Assembly (NCBI GenBank): GCA_958296385.1
Contig: OY282494.1
Location: 2,622,981-2,686,980, forward strand
Direction of reading: 5' to 3'
Source: an uncultured Dehalococcoidia bacterium
GTDB lineage: Bacteria; Chloroflexota; Dehalococcoidia; Lucifugimonadales; UBA3495
Length of the DNA: 64,000 nucleotides
Each line of letters begins with the position of its first letter. Position 1 is the first letter of the stretch. The notes under the pieces are model-generated. The model was not told the origin of the DNA. It searched no databases and was given only the letters and a program-made list of their open reading frames with translations. Below are positions 45,701 through 48,707 of the stretch, in pieces. The translations under genes and the position numbers were made by a program.

Positions 45701-47317
45701 GACGACATCGACACGCTAACGCACACGCCCAGCGCCGGCGGCTACCTGGCCACCGCAGCCGCTACGGTATCCGTAATCGCGCGGGACACCACCGCGCCGG
45801 TCATCACTTTGACCCCGGCCAGCCTGCCGTCCCTGAATGAGAACTCCACCGACGACTACACCGTGCGACTGGCGTCTGAGCCGGCGGCTACTACCACCGT
45901 CGCCATCGCCAGCAGCAACGCCGGCGTCACCGTTTCACCGAACTCCCTGAGCTTCACCACTGCCAACTTTGGCACTGCCCGGCCGGTAACGGTAACCAGT
46001 ACCACCGACAGCGACGCGGTGCACAACGCGTTCGGGATAACGCACACGCCCACCATCCGGGGCATCGCCAGCCCGGCCACGCCGCTGCCCCTGCTGTTCC
46101 TGGAGCCGGTTCCCCCCGGCGGCGGCGCCACGACGACTCCCATCGAATTCCTGGCGCCGACGCCCGGCAACACCGCAAGGTACGCCGTTGACGCCTCAAC
46201 GACGCACACGATAACCACCGACGCCGGCGTCCCCGAGGGCGTAATCATCCGGTCAGTAGGCGGCGTGGGCCTGGCCTCGAGCACCACCATAACCATCGGC
46301 ATCGCGGCGCCCGCCCCCCCAATCACACATCCCGGCTACACCCTGGACCCGGATACACTGGTGGACATCACCGTAACGCCGGTGCCAACAGTCGGCCTGC
46401 AAGTCTGCCTGCCCCTGCCCCAGGCCGGCGGCCCCGGCGGCCCCCGGATGCTGCACTACGATGGCAGCCGCTGGCGGCTCGTGTCGGGCTCCCGGCAAAT
46501 CGGCAGCCAAGTCTGCGGCACCGCAACCGACTTCTCCCCCTACATCGCCGGCCGCCTCGCCCAACCCATCGCTGAGCCGTTGCCTCCGTCCGATGGCGGT
46601 GGCGGCGGCGGTGGCGGCGCTGGCGGTGGCAGCTTCGGCGGCGGTGCACCGGCCCCGACAGCCACGCCGGCCCCAACGCCTACGCCCACGCCAACTCCGG
46701 CCGCACCGGCGCCAACCCCGACGCCGGTAACGCCCACGCCGGCCCCCGAGCGGCCCACGCCCACGCCGGCCCCCACACCCACGCCAGCGCCGCCGCCGGC
46801 CGCATCCCCCACGCCAACGCCGGCCGCCCCGCCAACAGCGGCCCCGCCGCCGCCGCCCCCGGTAGCCGCCGCTATCCAGCAGCCGGCCATCATCGGAGAT
46901 ATAACCTTCAGCAACGACAGCCCCGAACCGGGCAGCGGAATACTGGTAAGGTTCCCCGTAACCAACCCCGGAACCATCACCGCGGAGTACCAGCTAATCC
47001 TCGAAGTAGCCGGCGAAACCGTCCAGCGCCAAACGGTAACCATCCCGCCCGGCGCAACCCAGGATTTGCGCCTGCCCATCATCGCCCCGGACGCCCGCGC
47101 TGCGGTAATCGTCAGGGTGGACGAGCAATCCCGGACGGTAATCCTGACGCCAGCCCGCCCAGCAACCGGAACGGGAACCGGCACCGGCGCCGGAACCGCC
47201 GCGCCTGTCGACGAACCGGCCGGCGGCGCGCCCTGGCTGCTAATCGGCATAATCGCCGTAATCGCACTGGCCATCATCGGCGGCGGCATCGCCCTGCTGA
47301 TGCGTAGGCGCGGCTGA
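21716..47317 (+). CDS. Giant (~8,500 aa) secreted, C-terminally membrane-anchored modular surface protein (GLUG beta-helix modules, cadherin-like and Calx-beta-like beta-sandwich arrays, CARDB-like domain)
   Basis: One uninterrupted frame (the track gives 21581-47317, 8578 codons). ATG 21716 yields MPRLGQRQGYRRRFGRGRFVLAGLVALLLLLAGLALFGGAGDVLA/QS, a classical signal peptide. The protein sequence is coherent and repetitive but not degenerate throughout. It ends with PWLLIGIIAVIALAIIGGGIALLMRRRG. Confidence 0.9.
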   Translation: MPRLGQRQGYRRRFGRGRFVLAGLVALLLLLAGLALFGGAGDVLAQSTTDYDTNDNNLIDITTLDQLNAIRHDPDGDGDPTSGGATAYNDAFPSRESGATGRMGCPNTCAGYELRADLDFDTTGNDDIADSPYASWTPIAGYTNTFRGNGHTISNLTINATGSSGVLYAGLFASISSAVSGVGLPNAKITSSHTGNFLLMGPLAGNVATGGTVTSSWATGSVTSTATGSGFKFIGGLVGHNEGPVRASYSGASVTATTTATAVRVGGLTGGLNLASGTVTASYATGAVSGGSGNGSHVGGLVGQFRSDDPSIIASYATGAVTGDAGAKGGLVGSAGSGTITDSYWDVTASGVADDADSPAGEGKTTSELKTPIAYGTGASIYANWNVNADGDTTTGAMTTGNDDPWHFGTASQYPILQFDRDAAAIDRQYGNAAVNYDANNNNLIDVATLARLDAIRYDLDGDGVTATGADAVKYASAFPGLTAGMGCMSACIGYEVRDDLDFDTGTAGNRGDDTYANGTLGWEPIGNATTTFTAIFDGNSDDYTISNLYINRPTGDGVGLFGRTNGATLRNIALEDVAVTAASRTGALVGQADGGTISSSHSTGGTVTVSGDVAGGLAGQVNGAGAISGSYSTVNVVASGGEAGGLVGLLMRERVLVNVANVRFDTGSVSGSYATGTVGGTTNVGGLVGRVYLGSISDSHATGAVSSASAGAKVGGLVGYLQIEAETASAPPVQAAGSINASYANGAVSVTGANVHAGGLVGENYAGLIKDEFTQSRATASIRASYATGAVGGTGAANRLGGLVGYNNANRTEPRPGFAPRGTATAEIIASYSNGRVTGAGAGTQKGGLVGGSRGRQSTPGASGYSDTVITDSYWDVTASTVADDADSSTGVGKTLSELQTPTAYGTATSTPPSIYASWNLNLDASAGNDDPWDFGTNSQYPVLKHNRDADAIARQRAANQVIDYDANSNNLIDVKTLDQLNAIRHDLDGNGDATHADYVAAFPNAVTGMGCPDTCAGYELLNDLDFDTDDDNDVDSNDDYPNWTPIGTAVAPFTTTFDGNNNVISNLTITSNSNRVGLFGQSEGTLSGIGLENVNVTGSAQFGYIGTLAGRNLGTVISSWATGTVEGSNRGAQTGGLVGRSFNSSIRASYADVAVTVASSAQQASFGGLVGRAYGTRIIASYATGSVSGGFSNSSNAGGLVGNLVVNSSIEESYATGRVTVGVGVLIGGLAGRLENSSTPRSYWDSIASGRGGSGSKTTYELRGPTAYGTATSTPPSIYASWNVNVDGNAATGDSTGRDDPWDFGTDTQYPVLKFDGMDVAAQQGRQPNISNDSSLSALAVSEVTPLVPAFATGTDTYTAMLPVGSAARTVTVTATTTDMTLAASVTYSAVAGGGSAVTADADPGTAGHQVVLGGPSTVITVTGRAQDGSRSSYTVTITGIPENDYDTNNNDLIDVISLDQLNAMRYDLNGDGTAESNGVLYANAYPLPAARMGCPNGCTGYELRNDLDFDTINDDNEADAPYDNWVPIGTDGAQFSGAFQGNGHSISNLNVNAGANVVTLGLFGTVSGAISGVGLPNARIAGARAQATAIGTLAGTLGGGGTATSVWATGSVASSDAGGGTKYIGGLVGYQAGTVLASYSGATVTVDNAATSVYAGGLTGLVQGSVIASYATGAVSGGTGAGAHVGGLAGRVNAAGSRITASYATGTVTSGGANVGGLTGSVTNSVNVGSSYWDTITSGIADDADNTAPEGKTTYELRMPTAYGSSSADLYAFWNLDLDNADNDNTLTTGRDDPWEFGTNAQYPILKYGGLASSTQRAILPSPSSTDSTLSALSVTGVALRPVVFDAATLAYTAALGADSDLSSVTITATPTDMASVSISAVIGSGAAVTSDADTVAAGYQVALGSPTTTVTITVAAADGSRTTYTVTITVPPADYDADNDNLIDVRTLDQLNAIRYDLGGNGVADDSTDQATYSMAFPRAAAGMGCPSTGCTGYELLNDLSFDTNGDGVISFLDGAYEHWEPIGKSGAPYTATFKGNGHTIDRLNIVAEDVGQVGLFGAVGVARDSGNNITMTGAISGVGLPNANVSTQSTATNVVGTLVGYLDGGSVTSSWAAGKVEEKSEDNSGKQVGGLVGIASGAVRDSYARVSVMTDARISDVHAGGLVGQLNGGTITASYATGAVSGGIQNGSYVGGLVGWVSNTASITASYATGQVSINTGVNGGGLAGNMAGSIMNSYWDVTTSGVADDADSPAGEGKTTIELQTPTAYGATGIYSAWNVNVDGVSGIDDPWYFGTSSEYPILKHQRSVINIDWQRNPTLTKKNYDDDGDNLIDITTLAQLDAMRYDLSAGGEGSIAEANRIKYAAAFPGLTPGMGCDDGCTGYELRRNLDFDTDNTGAVDSSDAYPNWTPIGSSGSPYGGEFKGNNFTISNLTINAPASIREMGLFGGAGGAISGVGLPNVKITGAAVALNAGALAGVLSGSVTSSWATGTLEARNSGLGGFKYVGGLVGWMVSSGDYVRASWANVAVTAPTSFVSAGGLIGLLDSGDVIASYALGAVSGGEGGPSRTGGLVGAVTGNGSTITASYATGPVTGQDGSSVSGLFNTLINTPTIANSYWDSIRSGIADDSDDDAPEGRATYQLRGPTAYGASTTTDLYFAWNVDVDNADGDNDLTTGTDDPWDFGTNLLYPVLQYDGMDAAGQKAVQPTISTDSTLSGLSVAPARLVETFAAGTDSYTATLPAMSTALSVTVTATTTAMTARGVSYSAVAGGGSPVTADADTGADGHQVTLVGPMTDITITVMAEDGSTQSYTVSITVPENDYDDNDNGLIDVRTVEQLNAIRYDLNGDGTTNAGDAAAYAAAYPYPMAGMGCQAVDHDNDANTANQPVCTGYELRQNLDFDTTGDDDTADAPYENWVPIGAGSTQYSGEFKGNNFTIANLTIDAPASIDEVGLFGGPVGAISGVGLENVKITGAAVALKAGALAGVSQGSVTSSWATGTLAASDGSNSIKQLGGLVGRLVNSDVIASWANVSVSAPDSAIGIYVGGLVGIVNNSDVIASYATGAVSGGGAGSRIGGLAGFMEGGGSTITASYATGPVTGGNGSTQSGLLSAFVGTITNSYWDAIRSGIPDDADDAAPEGKTTYELRSPTAYGASTSTGLYVAWNVDVDNADGDNNLATGGDDPWDFGTNLEYPVLKYDGADAAGQKTGQPTPSTDGTLSGLSVAPAMLTTTFAAGTASYTATLPPGATPLTATVTATTTAATARGVSYSAVAGSGSPVTADADTSADGHQVTLVGPLTVITITVMAEDGSPQTYTVSITVPTHDYDTNNNGLIDVTTLERLNAIRYDLNGDGTANAGDAAAYAAAYPYPMAGMGCPSATCTGYELRNALDFNTGEANIRTDDTYYNDGEGWAPIGGVTGRFATAPSETYTGAFNGNGFAISNLQIDRTGSDSSDADSYIGLFGDASGRIEQVALVNAEVKGETVVGTLVGRLASGGSIVASYVQGGLVEGHSYIGGLVGINQPNASITASYTDIRVNNTYTGSIFGGTGYATGGIAGIHAGRIIASYAMGSVERQPLTGTRASTGGLSGFTGSNSPAQATTNSYWDTVRTGQATEFGFPRTTAGGKATYELRTPTNAGGYAGIYANWNLNIDGDTGTGTPTTGLDNPWDFGTGMQYPALRYGGHSAAAQFARQPDIGTNDELSSLTVAPATLAPDFSASVIEYTATLPDSNPAALTVAGVTATTTDVSISAVIGSGAAVTTDADAVAAGYQVTLGSPNTVITVTATAPDGSTTTYTVTISIPANDYDADDDGLIDITTLAQLNAVRYDLDGDGAVSSGDAANYASAFYYPAAGMGCAAVDHDNDANTADQPVCTGYELMADLDFDTDDSGGVDSSDTYPNWAPIGSVSSSFTGDFEGNGHTIANLTINNTSGSGALRLGLFGNIGGSVSGVGLPDASISSSYSGTLLMGPLAGNVIGNGTVTSSWATGSVESTDTGGAKFIGGLLGHSERPVRASYSGASVTAPNTATGVSAGGLAGALFSTSTVTASYATGAVSGGTGSGSHVGGLVGQFRSSTASIIASYATGAVTGGGTGANVGGLVGSAGTATITNSYWDVTASGVADDANSPAGVGQTTTALQTPTGTTGIYSGWDVNVDGESGNDDPWHFGTASQYPILQFDRDVIAIERQYSNVGKDYDDDNDNLIDVTTLAQLDAIRYDLNGDGAGWAKGSASARYATAFPGLSAGMGCPDGCAGYELLADLDFDSNDDGEVNSSDAYPNWTPIGTAAAPYTATFNGNHRTIANLTVNAAASVGRVGLFGEASGAISRVGLPDVSISAAAAGLLAGALVGFLDEDGTVTSSWATGSVTATDTGSDAQSIGGLVGETSGAVRGSYAGVSVTAPNTATNVRAGGLVGYSAVVTASYATGAVAGGAGNDSDTGGLVGLSGATGAGSAVATASYATGAVTSGIGANVGGLAGRSVFMSIPTVNSYWDTEKSGIAAGASSYGVGKTTSELQTPTAYGDIYAMWNVDVTDTGNIDDPWDFGLNSQYPALKYDGMDVLRQGRNTILFSTDALDVTEEDSAGANYTVRLGGAPKAGTTVTVAITSPADDDVTIATDGTFSDSATLRFTDADYTTGQTVTVKAGGDANLANESLTLTHTASGAGSGFADATADLTVTVIDNDTGAILLRQSGSDITALTITEEASSDTEYQVSLDQPPLASVSITITSSDADAVRIHDGSSTFTDSDFGSSHTLTFAAGTTTAQTVTIRAPHDSDGNEGSATLTHTAAGTGHGYNNASTTLSVTVTDDDTPAVLLWEAAAETASSTLTVAEEGSGSYRVRLQTQPTADVTVTVTASGDLTIDDSTGNDFATTKTLTFTGGSGGNWETAQTIRVRAAADVNLANETLTITHAVTSTDPAYTGLSDVSLTVTVEDDDTNAAAIILKQNGTATSTLSLIEGAAAAEYTVELSHEPSHDVEVTVTAAGDVTIDGPDVPTTLTVSETLTFTAGSYGPQIIRAQAASDSDLFDDTLTITHAAADATSGMASGYAGVSKDLAVTVADDDQGEIRVTSGGSVVELGVTEEHSGTVTYDVELVQTPLANVTVTVAVPSDYTDVLEIDGPDAGLTFSSSETINFTPTDHGKKTITLRAKADDDDDGATFSLTHTAADATSTASGYDGVTKDQLVRVTDNDVPGITLSVTTALAVREENASPVTYTVVLDTKPGADVIVTVTAGTNLEIDDSAGDDFGGSETLTFTSMDWNTAQTIRVNALADDNVVHETTAITHVVTSTDTAYNAVGDESLAVNVTDSDTAAIVLATTTLMITEGGSDTYTVKLSNEPSAEVTVTITSPADDDVTIATDGSTFSDSETLTFDADWNTGKTVTVQTAEDDDDLGNDTAILTHTASGVGSGYESASTTALTVTVEDNDSGDILLRQSGADIATLTIDEEASDTTYQVSLAQAPLADVSITITSSDADAVRIHDGGSTSTDADFGSSRTLTFDAGVTTAQDVTIRAPHDHDGIPGSSTLTHAAVGTGHGYNNARATLDVTVNDNDTPAVLLWEATDDSASSTLTVAEEGSASYRVRLQTQPSADVTIDVTAAGDLTIDDGDGTFGTTEELTFTSGSSGNWNTPQTITVRAAADNNLADETPAITHAVTSTDTNYGSLSDVSLTVTVKDNDTGSIVLTDSSNDPLTALTIDEGAAPITYKVALSHKPLADVTVTFNRTSGNVTIDTNNDNTFAATGETLTFTTTNWNVAQPVRVQAGDDFNLADDSGSINHVASNAATGVASGYAGISKALSLTETDTDTPTIKLTHATTGNAITELTVTEGNDVEYKVELSHQPLHPVTVTVTSNDSDAAIIEGPDSGSDFSDSETVLFTVSNWNTAQTVTVRAPQDNDDDNESPTLTHTPTDTTSGSESGYAGITAVTLPVTVMDDDLPGILLWEAAADTASSTLTVAEEGSASYRVRLQTQPSAAVTVTITAGTNLEIDDNNDNDFGTTETLTFTVMNWNTAQTVRVNALADDNLADETPALTHDIASISDTAYNAVSNVTLTVTVKDNDDAAIIIKQSGSEITALSLTEAAAASSYTVELSNQPSANVTVLVTATDDVTIDDNSGTDFDTTETLTFTANTWDDPQTIRARAATDPDLSDDDTTITHVASDATVGSVSGYAGVRKTLDVTETDSTTPTVVLTDSGGDAITTLDVTEDAGNVTYNVGLSNPPLAAVTVVITSGDADAVQIDDGGTFGTSRTLNFAIGATAAQPVTVKAPHDNDDDNESVTISHNPDGAGSGGYETIASQDLTVAVDDDDDPAIALYHATDLTATTTLTVTEEATATYRVRLASQPTQSVTVTITPSAGLQVDDGGGTFANSGTLTFPASDWDDLQTVTVQAAEDVDLTDTTITIAHSTDSTDTDYARAAGLSATLTVTVEDNDTASIILSETGTLALTEQAAAVNYTVKLSHQPAASVTVTVTSAGAVTIDDNTGTDFSTSETLTFTGGGSGNWNTPQTIRVQAGDDSNLEAETSTITHAIASTGDANYNALEDVSLSVSIADNDTGDIELTQSGSAIAANTLAINEEASNTTYSVGLSEAPLAQVTVTITSGDADALQIHDGGSDFNDADFSGSRTLTFASGVTTAQEVTIRAPHDGNSISERVTITHVAGGTNNGYVGVSKSLTVNVADNDTPGIALVISELTVTEENTSGGTYDVALQTQPNADVTVTVTAPDGLTIDGPAAGTNFTSSVTLDFTTINWETGQTIAVRAAADDNLSHDTHQISHVAADATSTASLYAGLSKDLAVTVEDNDNPTIIVATSTLTVMEGDTETYTVRLSHQPAHGVTVTIASGASDGVEIDGPDNGATFSNSETLFFTNSASSWQTPQTVTVRGLSDADLSDSTGNTLTHTASNTVSSQDSLFTSAPAVTLTFTVDDDDTGDILLTQNSAAITSLTINEEHATDTTYQVALSEAPLADVTITVTTDDNDAVTIDGPDGNSDFTNSEALLTFNSTNYATPQTVTIKAPADNDPDNESVTLTHTASGGTNNGYGGVSKDLSITVSDDDSPNIALSVSALTVAEENTSPATYTVVLATQPTADVTVTVTASGDLEIDNNTGNDFGSSETLTFTGGATGNWETAQTIRVNATGDNDLKDDTPTITHNPSSTDNDYNVLDNKTLNVTITDDDTGSIVLEQGGSALTTLALSEGGSTVNYTVELSHQPTANVDVTLTATDDVTIDNASGNDFDTTETLRFTPGNWQTAQTIRARAANDNDLGNDTTTITHVAADAATGVTSDYASVSNTLDVTVTDTTTPTVVLTDSGGDTITALAVDEEGSNVTYDVALSNRPLDSVTVTVTSGNVAVTVDDGDGTFGSSDALTFTTTNWSTAQPITVKALADDNSTNESVTLTHAAADATSGMTSGYAGISDVTLTVNVDDDDDPEILLWHPTDDTATTSLTVTEEGTQSYRIRLNTEPRAAVNVTVSARAGLEIDNGSGTYGSSRTLNFSTTNWNSPQTVTIRATADDDLAVGSGTLSHAARNAGSTASDYHGLSKSLPVTITDNDTPTIIISETGTLSVDEGGNTTYTVWLSNRPAAGVTITITSSATDDVEIATDGTFGDSATLRFSTGDWNSRKTVRVQGLPDNDLSNDLNNTLTHAASNTTAADSLFASAADAELSVTVTDTTTPSIVLTQSGAAISGALGINEEGGNVTYGVGLSNAPLAPVTVTITSGNAAVEIHDGSSAYNDANFSSSRTLTFATGATAAQMVTLRAPNDPGPDHETVTLTHAGSGSLSGYESVSDATLTVNVTDNDTPALLLTPTVLTVTEEDSAGESYTVSLTTQPSADVTVAVTAPAGLTIDGPDDATDFTSSETLTFTNANYAAKTITVKADADDNLIANNFTITHNPSSTDSNYNALPNSSLSVTVTDDDTGSLILSETSRTVIEGETTGQTYTVKLSHRPNAAVTVTITSTGKAAATPASLTFNTSTWDREQTVTVKAVADVNIIDDIDTLTHTPSAGGYLATAAATVSVIARDTTAPVITLTPASLPSLNENSTDDYTVRLASEPAATTTVAIASSNAGVTVSPNSLSFTTANFGTARPVTVTSTTDSDAVHNAFGITHTPTIRGIASPATPLPLLFLEPVPPGGGATTTPIEFLAPTPGNTARYAVDASTTHTITTDAGVPEGVIIRSVGGVGLASSTTITIGIAAPAPPITHPGYTLDPDTLVDITVTPVPTVGLQVCLPLPQAGGPGGPRMLHYDGSRWRLVSGSRQIGSQVCGTATDFSPYIAGRLAQPIAEPLPPSDGGGGGGGGAGGGSFGGGAPAPTATPAPTPTPTPTPAAPAPTPTPVTPTPAPERPTPTPAPTPTPAPPPAASPTPTPAAPPTAAPPPPPPVAAAIQQPAIIGDITFSNDSPEPGSGILVRFPVTNPGTITAEYQLILEVAGETVQRQTVTIPPGATQDLRLPIIAPDARAAVIVRVDEQSRTVILTPARPATGTGTGTGAGTAAPVDEPAGGAPWLLIGIIAVIALAIIGGGIALLMRRRG
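21863..35400 (+). repeat. Ten tandem coding modules (1.1-1.6 kb each) of the GLUG type
   Basis: Module starts ((D/N)YDxNxNxLID) at 21863, 23021, 24608, 26054, 27527, 28691, 30182, 31691, 33134 and 34301. Each module contains GNGHTISNL, many GGLVG repeats, and a SYWD...DDPWDFGT..QYP.L end. Confidence 0.85.
35411..46108 (+). repeat. About 29 tandem coding units (~105-128 aa) of a Calx-beta/cadherin-like beta-sandwich, including a 6-unit super-repeat
   Basis: Each unit has the pattern LTV.E....Y.V.L...P.A.VTVT.T......ID.......LTFT..NW.T.QT..V.A..D.D...E...I.H........L.VTV.D(N/D)D. Units 1-6 (35411-37654) are colinear paralogs of units 7-12 (37655-39904). Confidence 0.8.
46595..46862 (+). repeat. 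Low-complexity Gly run followed by a Pro/Thr/Ala linker (coding)
   Basis: GGGGGGGGAGGGSFGGGAPAPTATPAPTPTPTPTPAAPAPTPTPVTPTPAPERPTPTPAPTPTPAPPPAASPTPTPAAPPTAAPPPPPP. Confidence 0.9.
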
Positions 47318-47339
47318 TAGCGGCCGACATCAGACGGCA

Positions 47340-47386
47340 AATCGCCGGGCCTGGTTCGTAATCAGGCCCGGCGATTCCTCTTTAAC
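47340..47386. terminator. Intrinsic terminator after the giant gene
   Basis: Perfect 14-bp stem AATCGCCGGGCCTG / CAGGCCCGGCGATT (47340-47353 / 47363-47376) with a 9-nt loop, followed by CCTCTTTAAC. Confidence 0.7.
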
Positions 47387-47412
47387 AGGCCGCACACAGC
47401 GGCATAACAGCG

Positions 47413-47441
47413 TTGACAGCCGACGGCCTTGCCGATAGACT
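47413..47441 (+). promoter_or_regulatory. Candidate promoter for the iron ABC operon
   Basis: TTGACA (47413-47418), 17-nt spacer, TAGACT (47436-47441), about 50 nt upstream of ATG 47491. Confidence 0.4.
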
Positions 47442-47490
47442 GATTTGCGTTTTCTGATAGCCTTATCCCGGTTGCCAATGCACACGTCAA

Positions 47491-48618
47491 ATGCAGTTCG
47501 TACCGTCTAAAAACCGCGTACAACCCGCCGGCAGCCCGGCTGTATCGGATGGCTGCGCCCTCCGGTTGTCGGGGTTGTGCAAGTCCTTTCGCGATGTTGC
47601 GGCGGTTGATAGCGTGGACCTGGACTTGGCCCACGGCGAGATTCTCTGCCTGCTGGGCCCCAGCGGCTGCGGCAAGACTACCACGCTGCGCCTGATTGCC
47701 GGGTTTGACCAGCCTGACGCTGGCACCGTCCGTATTCGCGACCGGATGGTGTGCGGCTCCGGGGTGAACGTGGCCCCGGAGAAACGGCGGGTGGGCATGG
47801 TTTTCCAGGAGGGCGCGCTGTTCCCCCATCTCACGGTGGCGCAAAACCTGGCCTTCGGACTGAAAAAGGGACGCCAGCGCAAGCAGCAGGTGGCCGAGGC
47901 CCTGCATCTGGTCAACCTATCTGATTGCGCCGCCCGCTATCCCCACCAGCTTTCCGGCGGCCAGCAGCAGCGCGTCGCCCTGGCCCGCGCCCTGGCCCCG
48001 GCGCCGGACTTGATGCTGATGGACGAACCCTTCTCCGGCCTTGAACCCGGCCTGCGTGGGCAGCTGCGCGCGGAAGTGCGGGCCATATTAAAGGAACGCG
48101 GCGCCACCGTGGTCTGCGTAACCCACGACCAGGATGAGGCGATGCAGTTGGCCGACCGGGTGGCCGTGATGAACCAGGGCCGCATCGAGCAGCTGGGCTC
48201 GCCGGAGCAGGTGTTCAGCCACCCCAACACCCGGTTTGCCGCCGAGTTCTTTGGCACCGCCGACTTTCTACCCGCCTGGCAGGACGGCGCTTATCTGGCC
48301 AGCGAGGTCGGACGGGTGCCCTGGTCTGCATCGTGGGCGACGCCCCCCCGTCAAAATGGCGAGCTGCTGGTAATGCTGCGCCCCGACTGCCTTGACCTGG
48401 AATCCGATCCGGAGAGCAACGGGGCCGAAAGCAACGGCGCAGTCGTCCGGCGGGAGTTTCTCGGCGGGTTCAACCTGTACTCAGTAGAGCTGGACTCCGG
48501 GAACCGGGTACAGGTAATACAGTCGCACTTGACGCGTTTTGATGCGGGTATGCGGGTCAGAACGTTCCTGCGCGCCGGCCACCAGCTGCTGCCGTTCCGC
48601 GACGGGCGCGCGCTGTAA
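47491..48618 (+). CDS. ABC transporter ATP-binding protein (Fe3+/polyamine-import type, FbpC/PotA-like)
   Basis: LLGPSGCGKTTTLRLIAGF (Walker A), LSGGQQQRVALARAL (signature), LMLMDEPFSGLE (Walker B), plus a C-terminal TOBE-like extension. Confidence 0.85.
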   Translation: MQFVPSKNRVQPAGSPAVSDGCALRLSGLCKSFRDVAAVDSVDLDLAHGEILCLLGPSGCGKTTTLRLIAGFDQPDAGTVRIRDRMVCGSGVNVAPEKRRVGMVFQEGALFPHLTVAQNLAFGLKKGRQRKQQVAEALHLVNLSDCAARYPHQLSGGQQQRVALARALAPAPDLMLMDEPFSGLEPGLRGQLRAEVRAILKERGATVVCVTHDQDEAMQLADRVAVMNQGRIEQLGSPEQVFSHPNTRFAAEFFGTADFLPAWQDGAYLASEVGRVPWSASWATPPRQNGELLVMLRPDCLDLESDPESNGAESNGAVVRREFLGGFNLYSVELDSGNRVQVIQSHLTRFDAGMRVRTFLRAGHQLLPFRDGRAL

Positions 48619-48707
48619 GCAGGCCGCGCGGCGGTGTGGCGCCGGTTCCGTTGGGGTATAATCTGGCAACAACCTTGCGTCCCCAACGCGTCCCCACTGG
48701 ATATGCC

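Noticed and set aside
21863-46108. The regularly spaced repeats in the central region, considered as a CRISPR array or as a DGR-type hypervariable target.
   Set aside because: The repeats are 0.3-1.6 kb, lie in frame within one ORF and diverge at the protein level. There are no short direct repeats with unique spacers, no cas genes, no reverse transcriptase and no template-repeat copy anywhere in the window.
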